The position numbers and the translations under genes were made by a program. The notes beneath the pieces are model-generated. The model did not search any database. It was not told the DNA's origin and saw nothing but the letters and a program-made list of their open reading frames with translations. From positions 446,474-510,473 of the forward strand of contig JBOEGF010000008.1 of NCBI GenBank assembly GCA_050633305.1: a stretch of 64,000 bases of DNA, given 5' to 3'. Below are positions 1 through 9,163 of the stretch, in pieces. The stretch comes from Nannocystales bacterium (GTDB taxonomy: Bacteria > Myxococcota_A > Polyangia > Nannocystales > Nannocystaceae). Each line of letters opens with the position of its first letter. The stretch's first letter is position 1.

Positions 1-30
1 CGTGACGCTTCGCTGAACGCCGCGACTTGC

Positions 31-1101
31 TCAGCCGCCGTCGATGTCCTCGGCCCACGCTTCTCCCGCCCAACCTCCCGAGTGCGGTGAGCCGAGCTCC
101 GCGGGGTCGAGTTCTGCAACCTCGGGCACGGACGCATCGACCTTGAGCCGTCCTTCGGGGCTGACGCGCACGACATCTCTGGGCACGGAAAAATCGGCGG
201 GGTCGAAGCCGCTCGCCTCGCTCCCGCGGAACAACTGGCGCCCTGTGGTGGTCACGACCTCGACCTCCGGAGACGGAAGGCGCCCAGCGACAGCCTCCCC
301 GACTGCGATCCAGTGAAACAGGTCGCTGTAGCGGGAGTAGTAGTGTCTCGACAGCGGGTCATCATAGGGACCCACCCGCTCGTACGACGGCAGGGCGCAA
401 GACACAGTCCGTCGCCTCCGTGCACCGAATCCGAGGTGGCGCATCCGCCCCAGCTGACGCCGACCCGGTGCGATCAACCGGACGACAGCGGGACTCTGCT
501 CGATGCTCGACTCGGGCACGTTGGTCCGAATCTGCCTCCCAATCTCCTCACAGATCGAACCGACGACCCCACGCTGAGACTCGATACGGTCGGTATCTTG
601 AAGCATCTGCCTCACCCGCGCCGCGTACTCCTTGGCCCCCTCGTCGTCCGCTGGCGCATGGCCGTGGGGCCGCGCGGATACGCGCACCCGGGTTTCATCG
701 GGGCGTGTGCTGCTGCGGGCGTGACAGCGGAGCTCGCCGAGAACCTCGAGCCCGTCTTGCTCACGGCGGAACGTGGTTCGCATGACCGCGTAGCCGTCAT
801 CGACCGCCCCCGATTTCACAACGCCCTGCAGAGCCTCGGCAACGTCGCCGATTCGTTCCTCGGTGTCGACGTACACCGCCTTGCCGTCGACCACGATGGC
901 GACGACGTCATCAAACCCAGCGGCCTCGAAGGACCGCAGCAGCGCTTCGAACACAGAGAGGTTTCCGGCGAGCGTCTCCCGAAGCTCGTCGTCGGTGTCC
1001 TCGTCGGATGAAGGGAACAAGGCCTCCAGGAGTCCCTTCACCGCGGTGGTGGGGCTCGGAAGCGTTGCGGGGAGTTGGACAGCGAGCGAAGCGTGAAACA
1101 T
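31..1101 (-). CDS. Hypothetical protein (356 aa)
   Basis: Long ORF with globular composition and GC-rich third codon positions; no family motif recognised. Confidence 0.6.
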   Translation of the reverse strand: MFHASLAVQLPATLPSPTTAVKGLLEALFPSSDEDTDDELRETLAGNLSVFEALLRSFEAAGFDDVVAIVVDGKAVYVDTEERIGDVAEALQGVVKSGAVDDGYAVMRTTFRREQDGLEVLGELRCHARSSTRPDETRVRVSARPHGHAPADDEGAKEYAARVRQMLQDTDRIESQRGVVGSICEEIGRQIRTNVPESSIEQSPAVVRLIAPGRRQLGRMRHLGFGARRRRTVSCALPSYERVGPYDDPLSRHYYSRYSDLFHWIAVGEAVAGRLPSPEVEVVTTTGRQLFRGSEASGFDPADFSVPRDVVRVSPEGRLKVDASVPEVAELDPAELGSPHSGGWAGEAWAEDIDGG

Positions 1102-1132
1102 GCGCGCGCAGCAACGGTACTACACGAGGGGC

Positions 1133-1828
1133 TCAGTGCGGCCCCAACCACAACCCAGAGAAGTCGTACGGCTGACTGGTGACGAGGTCCCCGGGCTCAT
1201 CGAGCAACACCACGCCTTCGGTCTCACGCCACTGGAGGTGGGCATCTTCCGACCGAGCTCCGCAGTCTGTTTGCGCGACGTTGCGAACGTGGTTCAGCAC
1301 CACGGAGCCGGTCTCGCGGACGTAGAGTTCGTAGTCACAGAAAAACCCGGTCTTGAAGAGGTAGGCGGTCCGGTTCCCTGAAGGCACCGCCAGACGATCG
1401 ACCAGCCTGGGGCCAAAGAAGAGCTCGGGGTCGGCGGCGGCGACAGCTGCGGTCGACGCGGCGCTCGCGGCCACCTGACCGAGCACCCAAACCGTAGCCG
1501 TAAGCCGTCTGCGCCTGGCTCCGCGCAACGGCCGGCGCACCACCATCCATCCCACCAGGAGCAGGCATGAGAGGAGTGCGAGCACCACCATCACCCACGG
1601 TAGGGCCTCGAGGCTCGGCATCCAGCGCTGTTGGCCCCCCAACGTAGCCTCGCGAAGCGCGAAGACCCCCGCCCCGACCACCCCCGCGGTCCAAGCCACC
1701 GCCTGCGCGACCGCGAACCTGCCCCAGCCGGGTGCTTGAGCCGCCACGTCTACAACGTAGCAGCCCGTGGAGTGACTTGCCGTCGAGGACCGCGACGGCA
1801 AGTCGGACAGCGCGTCGCGGTGAAGCAA
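1133..1828 (-). CDS. Hypothetical membrane protein (about 3 TM segments plus a small soluble domain)
   Basis: Hydrophobic segments (AVAQAVAWTAGVVGAGVFAL, WVMVVLALLSCLLLVGWMVV, LTATVWVLGQVAASAA); true start may be a downstream GTG near 1747. Confidence 0.5.
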   Translation of the reverse strand: MLHRDALSDLPSRSSTASHSTGCYVVDVAAQAPGWGRFAVAQAVAWTAGVVGAGVFALREATLGGQQRWMPSLEALPWVMVVLALLSCLLLVGWMVVRRPLRGARRRRLTATVWVLGQVAASAASTAAVAAADPELFFGPRLVDRLAVPSGNRTAYLFKTGFFCDYELYVRETGSVVLNHVRNVAQTDCGARSEDAHLQWRETEGVVLLDEPGDLVTSQPYDFSGLWLGPH

Positions 1829-1860
1829 CGCGATGCGCTCTAGCCAGATGTCCGCGCGCG

Positions 1861-3801
1861 TCAGCTTCCTTGGACCAACGCGTCCAGTGTGCGCTGCGTG
1901 ATCGGGTGATAGCCCGCGCGGGCCTTGGCGTAGATTCGCTTCGCGTCGGCAGACCGATCAGACTCGATCAGCGCCCGGTACAACGGCGTGAGGAACTTCC
2001 GTCGGCCGACCCGCAGTAGGAACCCTTCGAGCGAGGCGTCCGTCTTCCGATAGCCGCGACGCACCGAAACCTCCAGCCATTGCGCGAGGATCTCCGAGTT
2101 GGTGGACGTGGTGAAGCCGAACGCTCCGTCGAGGGTGCCCATGTCTTCGGGACTGAACGTGGCCGGTAGAGCTCGCAAGAAGTGCAGCCACTCGTGCGGC
2201 GTCCAGCCATCGGTTTGGAGCTTGGTGACGTGAACCTCTCCAGAGAGGACGGACGCAAGAGCCGCATCCACGACGTCAAACGCCGCCGACTTGGGCTGCG
2301 GTGCACCGGGGCCCATGCCGGGGTTGTGAATCCAACCGGAGAGGTCCACCGGGGCTTTTCCTTCCAGCGGCGCGTGTTTCTCGATCAGCTCCGCTTTGAT
2401 GAACGCTTCGAAGTCGCTCGTCCGAACGCTGGTGAAGGCATGCTCGGTGAACCAGCGCTGCAAGAATGGATCGAACGCATCGCGTCCGTACGTCTCTTCG
2501 AGCAAGCGCAAGAACAGAGCGCCTTTCTCGTACGGAACGTTGGTGAGGCCATCGTCGGGGTCCCGTCCGGTCAGGTCGGTCGACAGTCGCTGCTCGGGCT
2601 CCGGGAGTTCAGCCAACTCCTTGACCAAATCCTGCTTGCCGAGCATCGCTTCCATCTCCTCGCGCTCCCGACCGTAGAGCGTTTCCATGACGCGACGCTC
2701 CACGTAGACCGTGAAGCCCTCGTTGAGCCACAGGTCCCCCCACGACGCATTGGTCACCAGATTGCCCGACCACGAGTGCGCGAGTTCGTGTGCGATCAAA
2801 GCGACCAGCGACCGATCTCCGGCGAGGATCGTGGGCGTCGCGAACGTGAGTCGGGGGTTCTCCATCCCACCAAACGGAAACGCGGGCGGCAACACGAGGA
2901 TGTCGTAACGCTCCCAGCGATACGGGCCGTAGAGTGACTCGACCGCATCGATCATCGCCTCGACGTTGCCAAACTCGGAAACCGATCGCTCGAGCATCGA
3001 TGGCTCTGCCCACACCCCGCTGCGCGGACCCAGCTCAGCAAACTCGACCGCTCCAACACTCATCGCGACGAGGTACGAGGGGATCGGCTGGTCCATCTCA
3101 AAGCGGAACGTGCCCTTTTCCTCAGAGGGAACGCTCTTCGCTGCCATCAACGCGGTGAGCCCGCCACCCACATGGATCTGCGCGTCGAACGTCGAGCGGA
3201 CGCCCGGCGTATCCTGGCAAGGAATCCACGAGCGCGCGTGAATCGCCTGCGACTGCGTATAGAGGAACGGGCTCACGCCGTCCGCCGTCTGCTCCGGTGA
3301 GAGCCACTGCAACCCCGAGGCTCCCGGCGCGGTCTCGTACTCGATGCGGACCGCATCCGCGTTCTGCGGCAACGTCACCCCAAGCGCTCCCCCGAACTCG
3401 CCGTCCTCAACGGTGTACGTCGTGTCTTTCCAGGCAACGGCGGCAGTGGCCAGTGGTCGGAGGTCACGAACCTGGGCGGTCTGAACCTTGCGAATCTCCA
3501 GCCCGCGTACATCCAGCAGAAGCGGGGCCGAGGTGTCGTGACGCTCGATAGCGACCGTTGCGGTCCCGCGCAGCACATGCGCCTCGAAGTCCACCGACAG
3601 GTCGAGCCCGGTGTGTGTGACGACCACTTCGTCCGGATGGGAGACCGAGTGCACGTCTCGGGTGTACGCAGCTGCGGCTTCCCCCGGGGCCGCTCCCACC
3701 GGGATCTCGGACGGCGGACCCGTCGGCGGTTTTCTTTCCGGCCGACAACCGAGCAACAGCGCGCAGGCCAGGAGTGCGGACATTGGGGTTCGCGCATTCA
3801 T
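1861..3801 (-). CDS. M1 family zinc aminopeptidase (leukotriene A4 hydrolase-like), probable lipoprotein
   Basis: GGMEN exopeptidase motif, HELAH-x18-E (NEG) zinc motif, YEKG, LTA4H-type C-terminus (VGRRKFLTPLY); lipobox LLGC. Confidence 0.93.
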   Translation of the reverse strand: MNARTPMSALLACALLLGCRPERKPPTGPPSEIPVGAAPGEAAAAYTRDVHSVSHPDEVVVTHTGLDLSVDFEAHVLRGTATVAIERHDTSAPLLLDVRGLEIRKVQTAQVRDLRPLATAAVAWKDTTYTVEDGEFGGALGVTLPQNADAVRIEYETAPGASGLQWLSPEQTADGVSPFLYTQSQAIHARSWIPCQDTPGVRSTFDAQIHVGGGLTALMAAKSVPSEEKGTFRFEMDQPIPSYLVAMSVGAVEFAELGPRSGVWAEPSMLERSVSEFGNVEAMIDAVESLYGPYRWERYDILVLPPAFPFGGMENPRLTFATPTILAGDRSLVALIAHELAHSWSGNLVTNASWGDLWLNEGFTVYVERRVMETLYGREREEMEAMLGKQDLVKELAELPEPEQRLSTDLTGRDPDDGLTNVPYEKGALFLRLLEETYGRDAFDPFLQRWFTEHAFTSVRTSDFEAFIKAELIEKHAPLEGKAPVDLSGWIHNPGMGPGAPQPKSAAFDVVDAALASVLSGEVHVTKLQTDGWTPHEWLHFLRALPATFSPEDMGTLDGAFGFTTSTNSEILAQWLEVSVRRGYRKTDASLEGFLLRVGRRKFLTPLYRALIESDRSADAKRIYAKARAGYHPITQRTLDALVQGS

Positions 3802-3839
3802 CGCGAGGGCCCGCGTACCCGGCCCAGCCTGGAATTGCA

Positions 3840-4037
3840 AATGAGGGATTAGTTATGACGGTTTTGAGTCGGCTCCATGATTGCGCACCGTAGCGGTCGG
3901 CCGGCCGACGAGATCTCGCAAAAAGAGCGTTCTCGACCCTTCATGACGGTTTTTTTGCTCAAGTCCTGAACATTTTTGTTGATAAGAAAAAGTGTAAGCT
4001 GCATTATCCAAACAGGTCGCAGCAAAGGTCCTCTCCA
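3840..4037. promoter_or_regulatory. AT-rich divergent promoter region with direct repeats and palindromes
   Basis: ATGACGGTTTT at 3855-3865 and 3943-3953; perfect palindromes GTCGGCCGGCCGAC (3896-3909) and CGAGATCTCG (3909-3918); AT-rich tract 3950-4010. Confidence 0.5.
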
Positions 4038-4784
4038 ATGTTCAACTCCTCCTCGATTCGCGCCTCGCTCGCCCTTGCCGCCGCCGCCCTCCTCTCGGGA
4101 GGATGTGACCTCATCGATGCCCTCTCGGACGAGGGGGACACGCTCGTGACGGTGTTCTCGAATCACCACGCCACACCGACGGACGGCTTCGTGCCCGACC
4201 GCGGGGGCGCAGGGGAGCTCCGCGTCTTCGACAACGACGAGGGCTGGACGATCCACCTCACCGACGGACTCATCACCACCAAAGGCGTCACGTTGCAGCG
4301 TTGTGACGGTGCGGAGTCCCCCATTGAGTTCTACTTCGGATCCGTTGCTGAGGACCTCCGCAGCGCCGACTTGGAGCGGCGCACCCTGGGCGGTACCGAG
4401 GTTGGTCCCGGTCAGCTCTGCGGAGTCACCATCCACTACGGCCCCTTCGTCGCGGGAACCGACGAGGTGCCCGGCGAGATGGACGCGGCCAAGGTGGACG
4501 GGATGACCATCTTCTTGGAGGGATTCGCGGAGCGCGGGGACGAAGTCGTTCCCTTCGAGATCGGCGTGGAGAGTTCCGCTGACGTCTTCACAGACCTCTC
4601 GGCCAGCCCCAGCGGGCCCGTTCGCATCAAGGGCGACGAGCCCTTCCCCGTGGAACTGACCGTCTCCAAGACGTACGACCGGTTCTTCGACGGCGTCGAC
4701 TTCGGCACCCTCACCGATGAGGACCTCTCGCAGAACGCACTTGCGGTGCTTCAGCTCGAGACCCGCGTCGACGTCCATCGCTAG
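4038..4784 (+). CDS. Hypothetical lipoprotein (248 aa)
   Basis: Signal peptide with lipobox (LSGGC); acidic beta-rich mature domain; strong GC3 bias. Confidence 0.75.
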   Translation: MFNSSSIRASLALAAAALLSGGCDLIDALSDEGDTLVTVFSNHHATPTDGFVPDRGGAGELRVFDNDEGWTIHLTDGLITTKGVTLQRCDGAESPIEFYFGSVAEDLRSADLERRTLGGTEVGPGQLCGVTIHYGPFVAGTDEVPGEMDAAKVDGMTIFLEGFAERGDEVVPFEIGVESSADVFTDLSASPSGPVRIKGDEPFPVELTVSKTYDRFFDGVDFGTLTDEDLSQNALAVLQLETRVDVHR

Positions 4785-4897
4785 AGTCTCACGCCCTCTA
4801 CCGGCCGCCGGGGGCCGGCCCCGAGGGGAAGAGATGCGCTCGAGGCCTTTGACCGCTGGCACGCGAGTCCGGAGCAACTCGGATATGCTTGTGATGG

Positions 4898-6547
4898 GTG
4901 CATGTCTGCAACCACTGCCACGCGCAAAACACACCGGGTCAATCCCAGTGCCAGCGATGCGGCGTGACCATGGCCGGTGCCGAGCGGTCCACCCAGCCGA
5001 CATCCGGCGCCTACCATGGACAGGTCCAACAAGACCCGATGATCGGGCGCTGGGTCCTGGACCAATACTTGGTACGCGCGAGGATTGGAGAGGGCGGAAT
5101 GGGTGCGGTGTACCTGGCCGAACAACCTTCGGTCGGACGCAACGCCGTCATCAAGATCGTGCACCCGTGGCTGTCGAGCGACCCAAAAATCGCGGCGCGC
5201 TTCGACACGGAAGCTCGTGCCGCAGCCCGCCTACAGAACCCCCACATCGTCTCGATCTACAACTACGGACGCCTTCCGGACCATACGCTGTTCATCGCGA
5301 TGGAGTACCTCGAAGGGTGCACGATCGCGGACCTCATGCGCTCCGAGGGTCGGCTCGACCCACACCGCGCAGTTGGCATTGCGACACAGGTCTGTGAAGC
5401 CCTTCAAGAGGCCCATCGGCGCGGCGTCGTGCACCGCGACCTCACCCCCAACAACCTGATGCTGGTGGCACGCCGAGGCGGGCCGGACTTCGTGAAGGTG
5501 CTGGACTTTGGCGTCGCCAAGCTCGGCGGCGCTGAAGCGACCGGGGGCCGCGGCGCGGTGGGAACGCCGGGGTACATGGCGCCCGAGCAGCTACGGGACG
5601 ACCCCGTCGATGGTCGCGCGGACATCTACGCCCTCGCGCACATCTTGTACGAGATGTTGACCGGACGTGCCGCGTTCGAGGCGAGCTCCCCTGCCGCACT
5701 GCTCAACAAACACCTCAACGAGTTGCCCCGGCCGATGAGGGCCGCGGCACCAGGACTCGAGATCAACCCGGGGCTGGAGGCGTGCGTGATGCGAGGCCTC
5801 GCCAAGCACCCCTACCAACGACCTCAGGACGCGGACACGTTCGCCGAAGAGTTGTGGACGACCATGATGGGGACGCGGATGTTCGCCGCCCCCATCGAGG
5901 CTTCGGCCCAGGCGCCACGCAACGGGGTCAGCGCGCGAGTCCTTGCGATGTCGATTGCAACCGCGGTGGTCTTGATGGGCTCGGCTATCGCGGGCGGCTA
6001 CATGCTGTTGACACGTCAGCCGAGCGACGCGACGGCATCCGCCGACCCGCCCCAATTCAACAACACCCCGCGACCCGTTCCCACCGCCGGACTTCAACCT
6101 CCGAGTCCGGCAAAACAGGCGCTCATGCTGCACCCCGTTGCAGACCTCGAAGCGGAGCTTGAACGCGTCACGCTGCTCAGCGGGCTTCCCCGCAACTCGA
6201 TCGATCTCTCGATCGCCGAGTACCATCGGGCGGCGTCGGACCCTCCCCCAGGCGCAGACCCCGAGACGCACCGGAAGTCACTTCTGGCGGGGCTAATTCT
6301 GCAGTGGCGCGCCGCACAATCCGACACGCTAAAAACGGACCGCGACATCGACGAACTCGAAGCGGTTTTTCTGATGATGCGGAGCCCGTTTGACGTCAAA
6401 ACACGCCAGCGCATGCTCGTCGAACTCAAGAAGGCGACGGCCAAAGAGCCGGACCCCGAGCGTGCAGTCAAGCGCAAACTGCTGGAATGGATCGCGACGT
6501 TTGGGGATGCCCCTGACGATGAAGACCCCCTCGTCATGGACGAGTAG
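4898..6547 (+). CDS. Membrane Ser/Thr protein kinase with N-terminal zinc ribbon
   Basis: CxxC-x10-CxxC N-terminus, GEGGMG, AVIK, HRDLTPNN, DFG, GTPGYMAPE, DIYALA; TM segment (VLAMSIATAVVLMGSAIAGGYMLL) then a helical C-terminal domain. Confidence 0.93.
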   Translation: MHVCNHCHAQNTPGQSQCQRCGVTMAGAERSTQPTSGAYHGQVQQDPMIGRWVLDQYLVRARIGEGGMGAVYLAEQPSVGRNAVIKIVHPWLSSDPKIAARFDTEARAAARLQNPHIVSIYNYGRLPDHTLFIAMEYLEGCTIADLMRSEGRLDPHRAVGIATQVCEALQEAHRRGVVHRDLTPNNLMLVARRGGPDFVKVLDFGVAKLGGAEATGGRGAVGTPGYMAPEQLRDDPVDGRADIYALAHILYEMLTGRAAFEASSPAALLNKHLNELPRPMRAAAPGLEINPGLEACVMRGLAKHPYQRPQDADTFAEELWTTMMGTRMFAAPIEASAQAPRNGVSARVLAMSIATAVVLMGSAIAGGYMLLTRQPSDATASADPPQFNNTPRPVPTAGLQPPSPAKQALMLHPVADLEAELERVTLLSGLPRNSIDLSIAEYHRAASDPPPGADPETHRKSLLAGLILQWRAAQSDTLKTDRDIDELEAVFLMMRSPFDVKTRQRMLVELKKATAKEPDPERAVKRKLLEWIATFGDAPDDEDPLVMDE

Positions 6548-6607
6548 CCACTTTCATCCTCTGCGAGCCACTGGGCCCGACCCGTTCCTTGGGCGATACT
6601 CCGGGCT

Positions 6608-9106
6608 GTGAGCGACGCCACCAAGTCGAAGTCCGACGTCCGCATCGAGGTCGAAGACGACCGTACCGGCATGAACCCGGTCACGCTCGAGCGGGCCGTG
6701 CTCGACCACCTCAACTACACGGTCCTCAAAGACGCCCGGTCGGCATCGCTACCGGACGTCTACACAGCCGTGGCCCATGCGGTCCGCGACCGACTTGTCC
6801 AACGGTGGATTCAGACGCAGCGCGCCTACTACGACCAAGACGTCAAGCGTGTCTACTACCTCTCGGCCGAGTTCCTGATGGGACGAGCCTTGGGCAACAA
6901 CCTGATGAACCTCGGGTTGTGGGACACGATCAAGGACCTGCTTGGCTCCCACGGCGTCGAGCTTCAGCACCTGCTCGAGAGCGAGCACGACCCCGGCCTC
7001 GGGAACGGTGGCTTGGGTCGACTCGCGGCGTGCTTCCTCGACTCGATGGCGACGCTGGGAATCCCCGGTGTCGGGTACGGCATTCGCTACGAGTTCGGCA
7101 TCTTCGAGCAGCGGATCCAAGATGGCTGGCAAGTCGAGAAAGCCGATGCCTGGCTTCGGCACGGCTACCCCTGGGAGGTCGCCCGCGTGTCGTACCGGGT
7201 TCCCGTGCAGCTGTACGGCCGCGTCGAGACGACGACCGATGAACACGGCGCCCACCAATCGCGATGGGTCGACGCCCAAACCGTGCTCGGTGTCCCCTAC
7301 GACGTGCCCGTGGCCGGATACGGCAACAACACAGTCAACACGCTCCGCCTGTGGCGGGCCCGTGCCAGCTCCAACTTCAACCTCGGCGTGTTCAACGATG
7401 GCGACTATCGACGCGCCGTCCAGGAGAAGGCCGACGGAGAGACCATCTCGAAGGTGCTCTACCCCGACGATCGCTCCGCCGAAGGCCGCGAGCTTCGCCT
7501 CAAGCAGCAGTACTTCTTCACCTGCTGCTCGATCGCCGACATCCTGCGGCGCTACAGCAAGCGGCACGACACGTTCGACGCCCTGCCGGACAAGGTCGCC
7601 ATTCAGCTCAACGACACCCACCCCGCGATCGCGGTCGCCGAACTCATGCGGGTGTTGGTCGACCAGAACGGGGTGCCCTGGGAGCGCGCCTGGGACATCA
7701 CGCGGCACACCATCGCGTACACGAACCACACCCTGCTGCCCGAGGCCCTCGAGACCTGGCCCCGCAGTTTGTTCGAACGACTCCTGCCGCGCCACCTGCA
7801 GATCATCGAAGAGATCGACCGTCGGTTCCGTCGCGAGATTCAAATCTTCGACCCGCAGGACCTCGATCGCGTCGGCCGCATGTCGATCGTCTCCGAAGGC
7901 GAAGACCCCGACATCCGAATGGCCCACCTCGCCGTCGCCGGCTCTCACAGTGTCAACGGCGTGGCCGCCCTGCACTCCGAGCTGCTGCGTACGCGCGTGC
8001 TCAAGGACTTCGCGGACGTGTGGCCGCACAAGTTCAACAACAAGACCAACGGCGTCACCCCACGGCGCTGGATCCTGCTTGCCAACCCCAAGCTCTCCGA
8101 GTCCATCAGCTCGCGCATCGGCAAGGAGTGGGTCACCGACCTCGACCAGCTGGAGAAGCTCAAGCCCTTCGCGGACGACCCCGAGTTTCACCAGGAGCTC
8201 CGGACGATCAAGCGAGCCAACAAGCAGGACCTGGCCAAGCTCATCTACGAACGCCACGACCTCGAGGTCTCGCCGGACTCGATCTTCGACGTTCAGATCA
8301 AGCGTCTCCACGAGTACAAGCGGCAACTGCTCAACTGTCTTCAGATCGTCGCCCACTACCAGCGGCTCAAGGCGAACCCCGGTCTCGAGGTCCAACCGCG
8401 GACGTTCATCTTTGGCGGCAAAGCGGCGCCTGGCTATGTCAAAGCCAAGATGCACATCAAGCTGATCAACGATGTGGCCGCGACGATCAACGCGGACCCC
8501 GCGATGCACGGCAAGCTGAAGGTCGTGTTCCTGGCCAACTACTCCGTGTCCTTGGCCCAACAGATCATTCCGGCCACGGATGTCTCCGAGCAGGTTTCGA
8601 TGGCAGGCAAGGAAGCGTCGGGCACCGGGAACATGAAGTTCGCGATGAATGGAGCGCTCACCTGCGGCACCCTCGACGGCGCCAACGTCGAGATCCGGGA
8701 GGCCGTCGGCGAGGACAACTTCTTCTTGTTCGGGCTCGATGCAGCGCAAGCCCGCGCAAAGAAGGAAAACTACAACCCGCGGGCGGAGATCGAGAAGAGC
8801 GACCGGCTTCGAGGTGTGCTCGAACTGATCGCCTCGGGCTTCTTCTCCCCCGACGACCCCAAGCGCTTCGACCCGGTCCTGCACGACCTGTGGCACCAAG
8901 ACCCGTACTTGGTCTGCGCCGACTTCGACAGCTACTGCAACGTGCAGGAACGGCTGGGCGAAACCTACGCGGATGCCGATCGCTGGGCCACGATGGTCGT
9001 GCACAACCTCGCGAACGTCGGCCGCTTCTCGAGCGACCGCACCATCGCGCAGTACGCGGAAGACATCTGGGGCGCCAAGCCCGTCGCCGTGGAGCTTGCT
9101 CGGTGA
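6608..9106 (+). CDS. glgP: Glycogen/starch phosphorylase
   Basis: GLGNGGLGRLAACFLDS, QLNDTHP, KRLHEYKRQ, PLP-lysine motif EASGTGNMKF. Confidence 0.97.
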   Translation: MSDATKSKSDVRIEVEDDRTGMNPVTLERAVLDHLNYTVLKDARSASLPDVYTAVAHAVRDRLVQRWIQTQRAYYDQDVKRVYYLSAEFLMGRALGNNLMNLGLWDTIKDLLGSHGVELQHLLESEHDPGLGNGGLGRLAACFLDSMATLGIPGVGYGIRYEFGIFEQRIQDGWQVEKADAWLRHGYPWEVARVSYRVPVQLYGRVETTTDEHGAHQSRWVDAQTVLGVPYDVPVAGYGNNTVNTLRLWRARASSNFNLGVFNDGDYRRAVQEKADGETISKVLYPDDRSAEGRELRLKQQYFFTCCSIADILRRYSKRHDTFDALPDKVAIQLNDTHPAIAVAELMRVLVDQNGVPWERAWDITRHTIAYTNHTLLPEALETWPRSLFERLLPRHLQIIEEIDRRFRREIQIFDPQDLDRVGRMSIVSEGEDPDIRMAHLAVAGSHSVNGVAALHSELLRTRVLKDFADVWPHKFNNKTNGVTPRRWILLANPKLSESISSRIGKEWVTDLDQLEKLKPFADDPEFHQELRTIKRANKQDLAKLIYERHDLEVSPDSIFDVQIKRLHEYKRQLLNCLQIVAHYQRLKANPGLEVQPRTFIFGGKAAPGYVKAKMHIKLINDVAATINADPAMHGKLKVVFLANYSVSLAQQIIPATDVSEQVSMAGKEASGTGNMKFAMNGALTCGTLDGANVEIREAVGEDNFFLFGLDAAQARAKKENYNPRAEIEKSDRLRGVLELIASGFFSPDDPKRFDPVLHDLWHQDPYLVCADFDSYCNVQERLGETYADADRWATMVVHNLANVGRFSSDRTIAQYAEDIWGAKPVAVELAR

Positions 9107-9163
9107 GATTCGTTCCACCCCAGCTTGCGTCCTCGCCTGCGCGGCGGTAAACCGCCCGGCTCC

